A stretch of 64,000 nucleotides of DNA from Thermoplasmata archaeon (GTDB lineage Archaea > Thermoplasmatota > E2 > DHVEG-1), in the NCBI GenBank assembly GCA_014894395.1, contig JADBLO010000094.1, positions 346-64,345 of the forward strand, in the 5' to 3' direction. The notes under the pieces are model-generated. The model saw nothing but the letters and a program-made list of their open reading frames with translations, had not been told where the DNA came from and did not search any database. The position numbers and the translations under genes are program-made. This document shows positions 1-10,078 of the stretch, piece after piece (position 1 is the stretch's first letter; the number at the start of each line of letters is the position of its first letter).

Positions 1-1873
1 ATCGGTAAAGGAAATATAATCATCATCACCGTCAAATAAATAACAAGAACCAATTTTCCCATCAACAAGATTTGATATTGTCATGCTACCATGAGGAACC
101 CCATTATTGCTGTTCCCTGTGTTATCCTGAACCACACCGGTTGGTGCCTTGGAGAGGTGATACACTGCTTCGAATCCATCCCAAACTTTCTCTGGATACG
201 CCATGTAAAGAGATGATGGATTATCATAATACATGAATATCACAGTATCAATAGTTGAAGAAAGCAAAGGTATTTTAACCCAGGTCACAACCTTTCCTGT
301 TGATTGATTAAATAGGTCGATATCATGGTAAAGTTTGGAGGCAACACCGATATTATTCATAAAAAGGATATCACCGCCATCAGCACGTGCTTTCATTAAA
401 TCTGCATCGATTGTGCTAATAAGTATTGGGAAATTATTTTGATTACTTATCAGTTGCGTATGATCAATAATAATTTGTTTTCGATACTGCCAGCCGAAGT
501 TAAAAGGATCAAATTGAGAGGGATATCCGGTCTCAAAGTTGAAGACTTTGCGCGTCCAATATGTTCCATCGGTGACGTTCACAAACCAGCAATATGAATC
601 ACCATACGTTAGACTACTCACCGGAACAGTATAGGTTCCATCATGAACACCTACTTCATGTTTGGAACCAATATTTGGTGTTGTTTCCACGCTGTATTCC
701 ATCGCGTCACCTTGATAATCTTTAAGAGTAAACTGCAGGGATGGAATGTCCATGGGCACATCTTTTTCTCCGTTTGCTGGTATCGGATTTGTTAGGATAG
801 GTGCTACCGGTTCTGTCGTAAATGTCATGGTTTTTTCTATACTGTCTTTCCCATCGGTCACCTGGATATACCAGGTATACTGGACGAGACTTTCCAAACC
901 ACTGATAGGAACCGAGTAAGTCCCATCTGGCTTTAGGCCACCGCTCCCTGATCCGATATCAGGCTCGGTGGTCACATTATAACTCATGAGGTCACCATTT
1001 GCATCGTTTATTTCAAAGCGCAATTCTGTCGTCGATATCGGAACCATCTGTTGTCCATCAGCAGGATCTGTCTGAGTGATTTCTGGTGAGCAGTTCGGTG
1101 GGTAGAACTCAAATTCCTCAGCAGTGACTCTGGTATAGAGCGCGTATCCGAATATCCCGTATGACCGGATCGGAGGGAGGAAAATGCTAAATCCGATGCC
1201 CCAGAAGCCTAGTGCGATACCCTTTTGTTGTCCACCAGCAAGAAAACCGGTGCCAGAAATCAAACCACCAACAGAGGTAATGCCCTCTGGTGTTGACCAC
1301 CAGATGAAAGCCCTGGGAATCGGGGTGAGAAGGAATGGTATGAACCGAGGGAGGATGATGATGGGAAACGCAGACCCAGATCCAAATGTCGCGAAATTAC
1401 AGAACCATTCTGATGCCTTGCTTTGAAAAGGTTGGATGTTTGTACGGAGACGCAGTGATGGCATACTAGAGGGTTGTGTAAGAGAGTTAAGTTGATCCTT
1501 TGACATCGTTGTTGGGAGTGCATGGTTTTCTATAAGAAGATCAAAAAATTCTTGTTGTACTCGCTGGGTTTTTTGGTCATACGGATTGAGTGTGGTTTCT
1601 TTTTTTAATTCTTGATATTTTTCGTAGATTTTCAAGACATCGGAGATAGGGAGCATCGTCTCTTGTTTTTCCAAACCATTTTTTCCTATCACATAGAAAG
1701 TAAAAGTTGAGGTTTTTTCAGTCGCTGGAACTGACGCTGCAATCTTGTTTTGTTGTGCTATCAATGCATTTGTTTGCCCTATACTACTTGGAACAATGCT
1801 AGTTAAGAGCAACAGTATGATAATTACTAAAATGATCCCTTCTTTAAAAATATAATTTTTTATTTCTTTCACC
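1..1873 (-). CDS. Secreted/membrane DUF2341 + LamG (concanavalin A-like) domain protein, paralog 1. Start at 1873; the C-terminal part lies beyond the window edge.
   Basis: Reverse complement of 1873 gives ATG GTG AAA GAA ATA AAA..., i.e. MVKEIKNYIFKEGIILVIIILLLLTSIVPSSIGQ, a signal peptide. The protein is near-identical in organisation to the 4340..6688 gene (about 85-88% nt identity in sampled stretches). AGGAG lies upstream of the ATG. The frame stays open to position 1. Confidence 0.75.
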
Positions 1874-1968
1874 ATAGATGATACTCAACTCCTATACATT
1901 TTTTTCATATTGTATTTTTTTCCTTCCCTCTCTTAAAAGAGGCGGCAACTTGATTATTTTTATTGAGT

Positions 1969-4314
1969 TTATAATCCTGGTACTTCCGGCCCGATATTTA
2001 AGAAATCTGCCGGATCGTTTTGATTATAATAGGAAACGTTAATCCATGCAGAGGATCGAGCTATTTTCGAGAAACGCAGCTCATCAATAGTTCCATACCA
2101 CCTATATGCTGAAGACGAACTTACGCATGCTCGTCCGATGTATACCGTAAAATCCCCGGCAGTTGGATTTGCTTGTGTTGTAGTAATCGGTGTCCCTTTT
2201 ACTCCATTTTTATAGACGGTACTTTCCCCACCTAAACCAGTGAACACGCCGACTGCATGTGTCCAAACATCAACAGAAAAAGCATCTGTGACACTACATA
2301 AATCATAATTATTTGTGAACAAATCTAATCGATCATTATACTGATACAATAAAATAGTATTTTTATTGCTTTGTACACTCCTATCAAATATCCTATGTTC
2401 CCCACTTATGCTTTTTGGGATTGCCCATGCTTCAATGGTATATGAGATTATACCACCAAATGCTGACTGAGTACCAACGTATATTTCACTATTTGTCATA
2501 TCAAAATATCTTCCTTTTCCTATGCGTCCAGTTGTGACGGGGGTATAGGTATTCGCTGTTGCATTGAAGTGATTTGACGTACTGTCTGCAACTTTTGTTC
2601 CTGATGTTTCCCCGAAATGCCATACAGCCACATAATTTGAATCCCAGGTTTTTTCAGGATATGCTTGATCGATACAGCTTGGGTTACCATAATACATGTA
2701 AAAAACCGTATCATTACTTGAGGAAAGAGCGGGGATATTCACCCATGTGATAAGTGTACCAGATGATGCATCGTAGGATTCAAGGTCATGATATACTCGT
2801 GTTGATATCCCAGCATCGTTCATGAACAAGATATCGCCTCCGTCCACTTGTGCTTTCTGGGAAAGATCGGTATCACTCGTACTGATAAGCACTGGGAAAT
2901 TCGTCAGATCATCAGCGACTTGTGTATGGTCGATGGTAATCTGTTTTCGGTACTGCCAGCCGAATTCAAAAGGATTAAATTGGGAGGGATACCCTGTTTC
3001 AAAACTAAATACCTTCCTCGTCCAGTGTGTCCCATCGGTCGCATTCACATACCAAAGATAGGTTGCTCCATATGTTAAACCGCTCACCGGAACCGTATAG
3101 GTTCCATCATGAACACCATTCTGCTGCCCGGAGCCAATGTTTGGTGATGTTTCTACAGTATAGTCCATTGCATCCCCCTGATAATCTTTTAAGGTGAACT
3201 GCAGGGATGGGATATCCATGGGTACATCTCGTTCCCCATCGGCTGGTATGGGATTCGAGATGATTGGTGCTATTGCTTCTGTGGTAAACGTCATGGTTTC
3301 TTCTGTCGTATCTTTCCCATCCGTCACCTGAATATGCCAGGTATATTTTGTCAGATCCACCAGTCCTGACACAGGAACCGTGTACACCCCGAAGGGTTTG
3401 AGATTTCCACTAGCAGACCCGATGTCAGGTTCGGTGGTGACCGTGTAACTCATGAGATCGCCGTCAGCATCCTGTATCCGAAATTGTAACTCTGAAATTG
3501 AAAGTGGGATATTTTGTCCTCCATCAGCAGGAAGAACATCAGAAATTTCTGGTGCTCTATTGGGTGGATAATGTTCGACATATTCTGCGGTTGTAGACGC
3601 TAGTAATGCATATCCGATGAATCCGTATAGAGTGTAACCTGGTAGTGCGTAGGAGATGCCAATTCCCATGAAACCGAATGCGAACCCTGTTTGTGCACCT
3701 TCTGCAACATAGCCTTTGCTGGTGAGCAGGTTTGCTGCAGTGGAGAGGCCAGTGCCTAGCCACAGCATCGCTATACGAGGTCTTGGGAGAAGAAATAACG
3801 GAATTAGTATTCCTGATCCCTCCCCGCCCATGCTGCAGAGCGCACAGGTTCCTCGGTTGGCAAATGGTTGTGGTAAGGATGCTGTGTTTCCTGTCTTTTG
3901 TAGTCGCTCTACCCATCTGGGATTGAGTAAGGAAAGATAGGCTTCTTTTGATACACCTTGCGGGATTAATCCTTTTTCATCGAGCAGATCGACAAACGCT
4001 ATTTTTAAGGATTGAGTCTTCTCACTATAAGGATGTTGCGTCATCTCAGATTTCAGCTCTTTCAATTTATCAAAAATCATGGTCGCATCATCTTGTGCCA
4101 GATTGACATTTTGTTTATTATCGCGAGTTTTTCCAAACGCAACACAGGTGACTACCGTTTTTTCCGCGGTTTCGTCTGTCCCTTCTGTGGGAGAGCTGGG
4201 CTGATTTCTTTTTATGATAGACGTGCCTGTAAGACCTGGTACAAAAGATCCACATACAAAAAGAAGTACAATCCCAACAATGGCTCCTTTTATGAAAAAT
4301 TTCTTTTTACTCAT
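1969..4314 (-). CDS. Secreted/membrane DUF2341 + LamG domain protein, paralog 2 (more divergent).
   Basis: 781-aa ORF with N-terminal signal peptide and a Gly/aromatic-rich hydrophobic segment. It carries a DUF2341-like block (ITIDHTQV..NFPVLI..DILF..WVNI..YMYYGN) and a C-terminal LamG-like block (WHF..GTIDELRFS). GGAGG RBS lies 5 nt upstream. Confidence 0.8.
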   Translation of the reverse strand: MSKKKFFIKGAIVGIVLLFVCGSFVPGLTGTSIIKRNQPSSPTEGTDETAEKTVVTCVAFGKTRDNKQNVNLAQDDATMIFDKLKELKSEMTQHPYSEKTQSLKIAFVDLLDEKGLIPQGVSKEAYLSLLNPRWVERLQKTGNTASLPQPFANRGTCALCSMGGEGSGILIPLFLLPRPRIAMLWLGTGLSTAANLLTSKGYVAEGAQTGFAFGFMGIGISYALPGYTLYGFIGYALLASTTAEYVEHYPPNRAPEISDVLPADGGQNIPLSISELQFRIQDADGDLMSYTVTTEPDIGSASGNLKPFGVYTVPVSGLVDLTKYTWHIQVTDGKDTTEETMTFTTEAIAPIISNPIPADGERDVPMDIPSLQFTLKDYQGDAMDYTVETSPNIGSGQQNGVHDGTYTVPVSGLTYGATYLWYVNATDGTHWTRKVFSFETGYPSQFNPFEFGWQYRKQITIDHTQVADDLTNFPVLISTSDTDLSQKAQVDGGDILFMNDAGISTRVYHDLESYDASSGTLITWVNIPALSSSNDTVFYMYYGNPSCIDQAYPEKTWDSNYVAVWHFGETSGTKVADSTSNHFNATANTYTPVTTGRIGKGRYFDMTNSEIYVGTQSAFGGIISYTIEAWAIPKSISGEHRIFDRSVQSNKNTILLYQYNDRLDLFTNNYDLCSVTDAFSVDVWTHAVGVFTGLGGESTVYKNGVKGTPITTTQANPTAGDFTVYIGRACVSSSSAYRWYGTIDELRFSKIARSSAWINVSYYNQNDPADFLNIGPEVPGL

Positions 4315-4339
4315 GTTGTTTCCTCCATTTACAATATTA

Positions 4340-6688
4340 TTATGGACTTGGTTCTTCAGGTCCTAAAAAAATAAAACCAGCAGGGTTGATCTGATTCTCA
4401 TAACTTGTTTTAATCCAATTCATATCTCGATCACTATTAGATATTCTTACTTCATCGATGGTCCCATAAAAATAATCTGTTCCAATACGGTTATCTCCAA
4501 TGTAAAAAGGATATGCATTGGATGAAGTGCCACTCCAGGGAACATTTCCTTCCACGACGTTATCAACATATAAGATAAGTTGAGAACCGGTGGCGACTAA
4601 CGAAACGTAATGCCAGTTGGTATCTCTAAAAGTATCAATGCTTTCAATTTTTTGGGTACCATCAGCATAAACATAATATTTTTCATCATGGTAACGAAAA
4701 ACAGAGGGGTCGTTTTTGTGGATACTCATAAACACATCACCACCAGTAGATGGGTCTGCTTCATCAGTACTAAAAGCAACCCAGCATTCCAGGGTGAATT
4801 TCGACATGCTATCTGTGTTTGAGTAGGTAGAAATGCTGTCTGTCCTTGCATCATAGACTTCGCCGCCATCTATTTTCGCAGAGGTGGTATGCGTAGTTCC
4901 TGAGGTAGTACAATCCTTTCCGTTGCTTGTAGAATCGTATCGTGTTTCATATGATTCTTTCAAATGCCAAACTCCCCAAAAGTTCGCATCCCATGTTTTC
5001 TCTGGATACTGCTGCGGAAGACACGTTGGATTTCCATAATACATGTAAAACGTCGTGTCCTCATTTGATGAAACATGCGTGAGGTTCACCCAGGCAATCA
5101 ATGCCCCGGTCTCATGATTAAAGGATTCGATTTCATAATTAAACCGTGTTGAGACACCAGCGCTATGCATGAAAAGAATGTCCTCGCCATTTTCTCGTGC
5201 CTTTTGACTCAGATCAGCGTCAACGATGCTGAGGAGGACTGGAAAGTTCTCTACGTCACCAGCGACATTTGTATGATCGATTGTGATCTGCTTCCGGTAC
5301 AACCAGCCGTACTCAAATGGGTTAAATTGTGCAGGAAATCCGGTTACAAAGCTGAATGTTTTACTGACCGGATGTGCCCCATCGGTGACATTCACAAACC
5401 AACGATACGCGGTGTCCTGTGCAAGGCCACTCACGGGAACAGTATAGGTACCATCGTGGACGCCATTCACATGCGCGGAACCAACATTTGGTGACGTTTC
5501 TACCGTATAATCCATTGCATCTCCCTGGAAATCCATTATAGTGAATTTCAGCACAGCGAGATCAGAAGGCACCTGACGTTCTCCATCTGCTGGTGACGGA
5601 TTTGAAATCAATGGAGCAACATTTTCTGTCATAAACGTCATGGTTTTTTCTATGGCATCTTTCCCATCGGTGACCTGGATACGCCAGGTGTACTGGGTAA
5701 GACTTTCTAACCCAGAAATAGAGATTGAATAGACACCATTTGATTTCAAACCTCCACTCCCTGACCCAATATCAGGATATGTTGTCACATTGTAACTCAT
5801 GAGGTCACCATCTTCATCGTTAATTTCAAAGCGCAAATTAGCAGTAGACAGGGGGATCATTTGTTGTCCATCGACAGGGTCAGTTTGACTGATTTCTGGT
5901 GGGTTGTTCGGCGGGTAGAATTGAAATTCCTCAGCAGTGACTCTGGTAAATACTGCATATCCGAAGATCCCATACGACATGATCGGTGGGAGGAAAATGC
6001 TAAATCCTATGCCCCAGAAACCAAGTGCGATACCTTTTTGTTGTCCTCCTGCGAGAAAACCGGTGCGGGAAATCAAACCACCCACAGAGGTGATACCTGA
6101 TGGTGTTGACCACCATACGAATGCTCGGGGGATAGGTGTGAGAAGGAATGGTATTAATCGTGGGAGGATGATAATCGGAAACGCTGATCCTTCTCCAAAT
6201 GTCGCGAAATTACAGAACCATTCTGAGGCTTTATTTGGAAAAGGTTGGATGCCGGTGCGGAGATGCGTTGGTGGTATAACCGGGGGTTGTGTAAGAGAGA
6301 TAAGTTGGTCTTTAGACATCCCTGTCGGGAGAGCATGGTTTTCTTCGAGAAGATCAAAAAATTCTTGTTTTACGCGCTGGGTTTTATCACTATACGGATT
6401 GGATGTCATTTCTTTTTTTAATTCTTGATACTTTTCATAGATTTTCAAGGTATTTGAAGCAGAGAGTATCTTCTCCTGTTTTTCTAAGCCATTTTTTCCA
6501 ATGACATACAATGTAAAAGATGAGGTTTTTTCAGTCGATGGAAGTGAGGTTTTAGTAATATTTTGTTGTTGTGTCGATGCGTGTGTTTGCCCTATGCTAC
6601 TTGGGACAATGCTTGTCATGAGTAATAGAACAAAAATTCCAAAAATTAATCCGCTTTTAAATTTTATATTTTTCATCTCTTTCCCCAA
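4340..6688 (-). CDS. Secreted/membrane DUF2341 + LamG domain protein, paralog 3.
   Basis: 782-aa ORF with the same architecture as paralogs 1 and 2: signal peptide, hydrophobic hairpin at about aa 160-255, Fn3-like repeats, DUF2341 motifs and a LamG-like C-terminus (GTIDEVRISN). Confidence 0.8.
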   Translation of the reverse strand: MGKEMKNIKFKSGLIFGIFVLLLMTSIVPSSIGQTHASTQQQNITKTSLPSTEKTSSFTLYVIGKNGLEKQEKILSASNTLKIYEKYQELKKEMTSNPYSDKTQRVKQEFFDLLEENHALPTGMSKDQLISLTQPPVIPPTHLRTGIQPFPNKASEWFCNFATFGEGSAFPIIILPRLIPFLLTPIPRAFVWWSTPSGITSVGGLISRTGFLAGGQQKGIALGFWGIGFSIFLPPIMSYGIFGYAVFTRVTAEEFQFYPPNNPPEISQTDPVDGQQMIPLSTANLRFEINDEDGDLMSYNVTTYPDIGSGSGGLKSNGVYSISISGLESLTQYTWRIQVTDGKDAIEKTMTFMTENVAPLISNPSPADGERQVPSDLAVLKFTIMDFQGDAMDYTVETSPNVGSAHVNGVHDGTYTVPVSGLAQDTAYRWFVNVTDGAHPVSKTFSFVTGFPAQFNPFEYGWLYRKQITIDHTNVAGDVENFPVLLSIVDADLSQKARENGEDILFMHSAGVSTRFNYEIESFNHETGALIAWVNLTHVSSNEDTTFYMYYGNPTCLPQQYPEKTWDANFWGVWHLKESYETRYDSTSNGKDCTTSGTTHTTSAKIDGGEVYDARTDSISTYSNTDSMSKFTLECWVAFSTDEADPSTGGDVFMSIHKNDPSVFRYHDEKYYVYADGTQKIESIDTFRDTNWHYVSLVATGSQLILYVDNVVEGNVPWSGTSSNAYPFYIGDNRIGTDYFYGTIDEVRISNSDRDMNWIKTSYENQINPAGFIFLGPEEPSP

Positions 6689-6732
6689 GATACATTAATC
6701 ACACTCTGTATATTAACCTTATTAGAAATATT

Positions 6733-6750
6733 AATATATTAACAAGGGTG
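6733..6750 (-). promoter_or_regulatory. Putative archaeal TATA-like element upstream of the 4340..6688 gene.
   Basis: AT-rich ttaatatattaatattt about 45-60 nt upstream of the ATG on the minus strand, in a divergent intergenic region. Sequence only. Confidence 0.2.
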
Positions 6751-7055
6751 GTAATGTGAGAACCAGACGACATAATGCTAAGTACAGTCATTTATCCCGA
6801 TTTCTCTTCATCCTTGGTAATTTGAGTTTGTATCGAAGACATCTCGTGCGTATAACAGTTCACAAGCCCCCCATTTCCCTAGTGCGATGTACGTCTTATT
6901 TGAACACATGACTCCCCCCAGCCCCATACATCCCATCTGTTCGTTTTCCCCTGTTTGTACCCATACGGTGCAGATCCCCTTATTAAAGGCGCTGGTGAAA
7001 TCAGCAAAGGAAAAAAGTCAAATAAAGAACCGGACATTATGGTACTGTGAAAATA

Positions 7056-8249
7056 ATGACAAAAAAAGCGGTCATTTTAGCGGCTGGCGAAGGAAAACGG
7101 CTCAGGCCGTTCACCGAGACCATGCCCAAAGTCATGCTCCCTGTTGCCAACAAACCATTGCTCGAATACGTGTTTGACGCGACCAGAAAAAGCGGGATTG
7201 ACGAAATCGTCGTTGTCGTCGGCTACAAAAAAGAAGTCATCATGGAGTATTTCAAAGACTATAAGGATGTCAAGATAACCTACGTCATTCAAGACAGACA
7301 ACTCGGAACCGCCCATGCACTCCTTCAAGCAAAGAAACACATCAAAGACTCGTTCATCGTCCTTGCTGGAGACAACATCATCGACCCAGGCAGCATCGCA
7401 AAGCTCCTAAAAGACCAGTCAGAATATTCACTGCTTATCAAAGAACACCCGCATCCTTCAAAATATGGGGTCGTGTTTATCGAAAATCGCAGTATCAGAC
7501 GAATCGTGGAAAAACCAAAAGAAGACGTCGGCAAATACATCTCTACCGGCATCTACAAACTTCCTCGCTCGGTGTTCACTGATATTGAACAATGCACCTC
7601 GGAAGGTGCTCACGCGCTTTCATCCATCATTCAATCCCTGGTCGACAAAGGAAAACACATCAACACGGTTCTTGCGAAATCATGGATGGATATCGTCTAC
7701 CCCTGGGACCTTATCTCCGTCAACGAAGTGATGATCCAAGGAACGGCGGCATCCACCAGCGGTGTCATCGAAAAAGGCGTCACCCTGAAAGGCCTGGTAT
7801 CGGTAGGAAAAGACACTAAAATCTACTCAGGCTGCTACATCGTCGGACCAGTCGTCATCGGCGACAGCTGCGAAATAGGACCTCATGCGTGCATCTTCCC
7901 CTCCACCAGCATCGGGAACAACACTGTGGTTCACCCGTTCAGCGAAATACGAAGCAGCGTAATTATGGATGATGTACATATTGCATCAAACTCACATATC
8001 TCACGCTCCGTCATCGGGAAAGGATGCATTATTGGGGATAACTTCTCCACTATCACCGCCAAGGTCACCATTGAGATCGATGACGAATTAAAGAAAATTG
8101 ATACACCAATAGGAGCAATGATCGGAGAAGATTGCATCATTGAAAGTCACGTCGTGGTTGATCCTGGAAAAATCATCGGCAGGAAATGCAAAATCAGCCC
8201 CATGAAACATATCATAAAAAATATTCCGAGCGAAAGCAAAGTGATGTAA
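7056..8249 (+). CDS. glmU: Bifunctional sugar-1-phosphate nucleotidyltransferase / acetyltransferase, archaeal GlmU-like (N-terminal NTP-transferase plus C-terminal left-handed beta-helix).
   Basis: MTKKAVILAAGEGKRLRPFTETMPKVMLPV is a nucleotidyltransferase G-rich loop, and the C-terminal half carries hexapeptide repeats. The ORF track start at 7047 is GTG; the first ATG is at 7056. Confidence 0.85.
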   Translation: MTKKAVILAAGEGKRLRPFTETMPKVMLPVANKPLLEYVFDATRKSGIDEIVVVVGYKKEVIMEYFKDYKDVKITYVIQDRQLGTAHALLQAKKHIKDSFIVLAGDNIIDPGSIAKLLKDQSEYSLLIKEHPHPSKYGVVFIENRSIRRIVEKPKEDVGKYISTGIYKLPRSVFTDIEQCTSEGAHALSSIIQSLVDKGKHINTVLAKSWMDIVYPWDLISVNEVMIQGTAASTSGVIEKGVTLKGLVSVGKDTKIYSGCYIVGPVVIGDSCEIGPHACIFPSTSIGNNTVVHPFSEIRSSVIMDDVHIASNSHISRSVIGKGCIIGDNFSTITAKVTIEIDDELKKIDTPIGAMIGEDCIIESHVVVDPGKIIGRKCKISPMKHIIKNIPSESKVM

Positions 8250-8250
8250 C

Positions 8251-10065
8251 GTGTGTGGAATCATAGGGTATGCAGGATTTCGAGACGCGCGAACCGTCTT
8301 ACTCGAATCATTGAAACGACTTGATTACCGAGGGTACGATTCAGCTGGCGTCGCCATTATCGATAAAAAACTAAAAGTCTACAAGGAAGTCGGTGAGATT
8401 GCAAACGTTGAACGCTTAATACCCAAAATCAAAGGGACAACTGGGATTGGCCACACTCGATGGGCGACCCATGGGGGTGTGACGAAAGAAAACGCACATC
8501 CGCACGTCAGTTGCGATAAAAAAATTGCGATCGTCCATAATGGGATCATTGAGAACTTCAGCAAGCTCAAAGAAGAACTAAAAAAGAAAGGGCATACATT
8601 CCTCTCCCAAACAGATTCAGAGGTCATCGCTCATCTCATCGATGATGCATACAAAGGAAACCTGGAGGATGCGGTAGTCGCAGCGGTAAAAAAGATCCAA
8701 GGATCCTATTCGATAGTCGCCGTCAGTGAAGACGAGCCTGAAAAAATCGTAGGTGTACGAAAAGAAAGCCCGCTTGTCATCGGTGTTGGAGATAGTGAAA
8801 ACTTCCTCGCCTCCGACATCACCGCATTTCTAAAATACACAAAACGGGTGATATTCCTCAACGATGGAGAACTCTGTGTGCTCACAAAGAACACCATCAA
8901 TGTTGTTGATAAGAACAGAAAGTCGATCAAAAAGAAAGAAGAACTTATCACCTGGAATGTGAAAGACGCGGAGAAATCAGGGTTTGCGCATTTCATGCTT
9001 AAGGAAATCTATGAGCAACCTGATACCGTCCATCACGTTCTCAGAGGACGTATCTCAGAAATCGAAGAAACCATCACGTTCCCTGAAAACGTCGAAAAGC
9101 TCCTGAGCAATGAGATCAACTCCGTTCACATCGTTGCTTGCGGCACTTCATTTTATGCTGGTCTTGTTGGTAAATACCTGATCGAACAACTGACGAACAT
9201 CCCGGTTTTCGTAGAGCTTGCCTCAGAGTATCGATATTTTGGGGTACGAAATGAATCTTCGCTTGTTATTGCCATCACACAATCCGGGGAAACCGCTGAT
9301 ACACTTGCTGCATTACGCGAGGCACAGATGTCAGGGTGTAAAACACTGGTGGTGACCAACGTCATCGGGAGCACAGCAACCCGTATCTCTGATGGATATA
9401 TCTTGCAGCAATCAGGCCCCGAGATCGGTGTTGCTGCGACCAAGACATTCACCTCTCAAATCATTGTTCTGTTCCTCATTGCCCTCAAGATTGCATTGCT
9501 TCAGAAGAAGCTTGGGTCTAATGAGCTGTACAACTACATCTTCCATCTAAAAGAACTCCCTCGGCACGTCCGAGACGTCCTGGAGCGAAGCAATGACATC
9601 ATTGCTATCGCAAAACATCTCAAAGATGCAAAATCAGTGTTTTTTATTGGAAGGGGCATCAACTACCCGCTCTCCCTTGAAGGAGCGTTGAAGTTGAAAG
9701 AAATCTCATATATACATGCAGAAGGGTTTGCTGCTGGTGAACTGAAACATGGACCGTTCGCACTCCTGACAAAAGACACCCCGGTTGTCGCCATCGTCAC
9801 ACAAGACGAAACCTATGAAAAGATCCTTGCAAACATCGGTGAAATCAAAGCACGAGGATCTACTGTTATTGCGATCGCAGAAGACAAAGATACCGAAATC
9901 GAAAACCATGCTGACTTTGTGCTCCGCTTCCCCGCAAGCTCTCATGTGCTCCCTTGTATTGCTATCACCGTTGTTCTTCAGTTACTTGCCTATCATGTTG
10001 CTCATCTCCGGAAATGCCCGATTGATAAACCACGGAACCTTGCAAAATCAGTAACCGTTGAGTAA
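8251..10065 (+). CDS. glmS: Glutamine--fructose-6-phosphate aminotransferase (isomerising).
   Basis: N-terminal MCGIIGY (Cys nucleophile glutaminase domain) and two SIS domains. 604 aa. GTG start. Confidence 0.92.
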   Translation: MCGIIGYAGFRDARTVLLESLKRLDYRGYDSAGVAIIDKKLKVYKEVGEIANVERLIPKIKGTTGIGHTRWATHGGVTKENAHPHVSCDKKIAIVHNGIIENFSKLKEELKKKGHTFLSQTDSEVIAHLIDDAYKGNLEDAVVAAVKKIQGSYSIVAVSEDEPEKIVGVRKESPLVIGVGDSENFLASDITAFLKYTKRVIFLNDGELCVLTKNTINVVDKNRKSIKKKEELITWNVKDAEKSGFAHFMLKEIYEQPDTVHHVLRGRISEIEETITFPENVEKLLSNEINSVHIVACGTSFYAGLVGKYLIEQLTNIPVFVELASEYRYFGVRNESSLVIAITQSGETADTLAALREAQMSGCKTLVVTNVIGSTATRISDGYILQQSGPEIGVAATKTFTSQIIVLFLIALKIALLQKKLGSNELYNYIFHLKELPRHVRDVLERSNDIIAIAKHLKDAKSVFFIGRGINYPLSLEGALKLKEISYIHAEGFAAGELKHGPFALLTKDTPVVAIVTQDETYEKILANIGEIKARGSTVIAIAEDKDTEIENHADFVLRFPASSHVLPCIAITVVLQLLAYHVAHLRKCPIDKPRNLAKSVTVE

Positions 10066-10078
10066 GGAGAAAAGAACC

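Noticed and set aside
1184-1426. Plus-strand ORF (80 aa), near-identical to the peptide from 5937..6428.
   Set aside because: It is antisense to the hydrophobic, conserved region of the DUF2341-family genes. The similarity just reflects the duplicated DNA. There is no RBS and the composition is not coding-like.
3557-3940. Several 60-120-aa ORFs on both strands inside the 1969..4314 gene.
   Set aside because: They are embedded in a long, homology-supported CDS with Arg/Cys-rich nonsense translations, so they are shadow ORFs. The same applies to the many other short ORFs nested in annotated genes throughout the track.
5937-6428. 163-aa plus-strand ORF.
   Set aside because: Same as above: an antisense shadow ORF inside the 4340..6688 gene.
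6887-7177. 96-aa ORF in the divergent intergenic region, overlapping the glmU start.
   Set aside because: Its His/Pro/Cys-rich, low-complexity translation is an artefact of the C-rich tracts. It overlaps the well-supported glmU-like gene.
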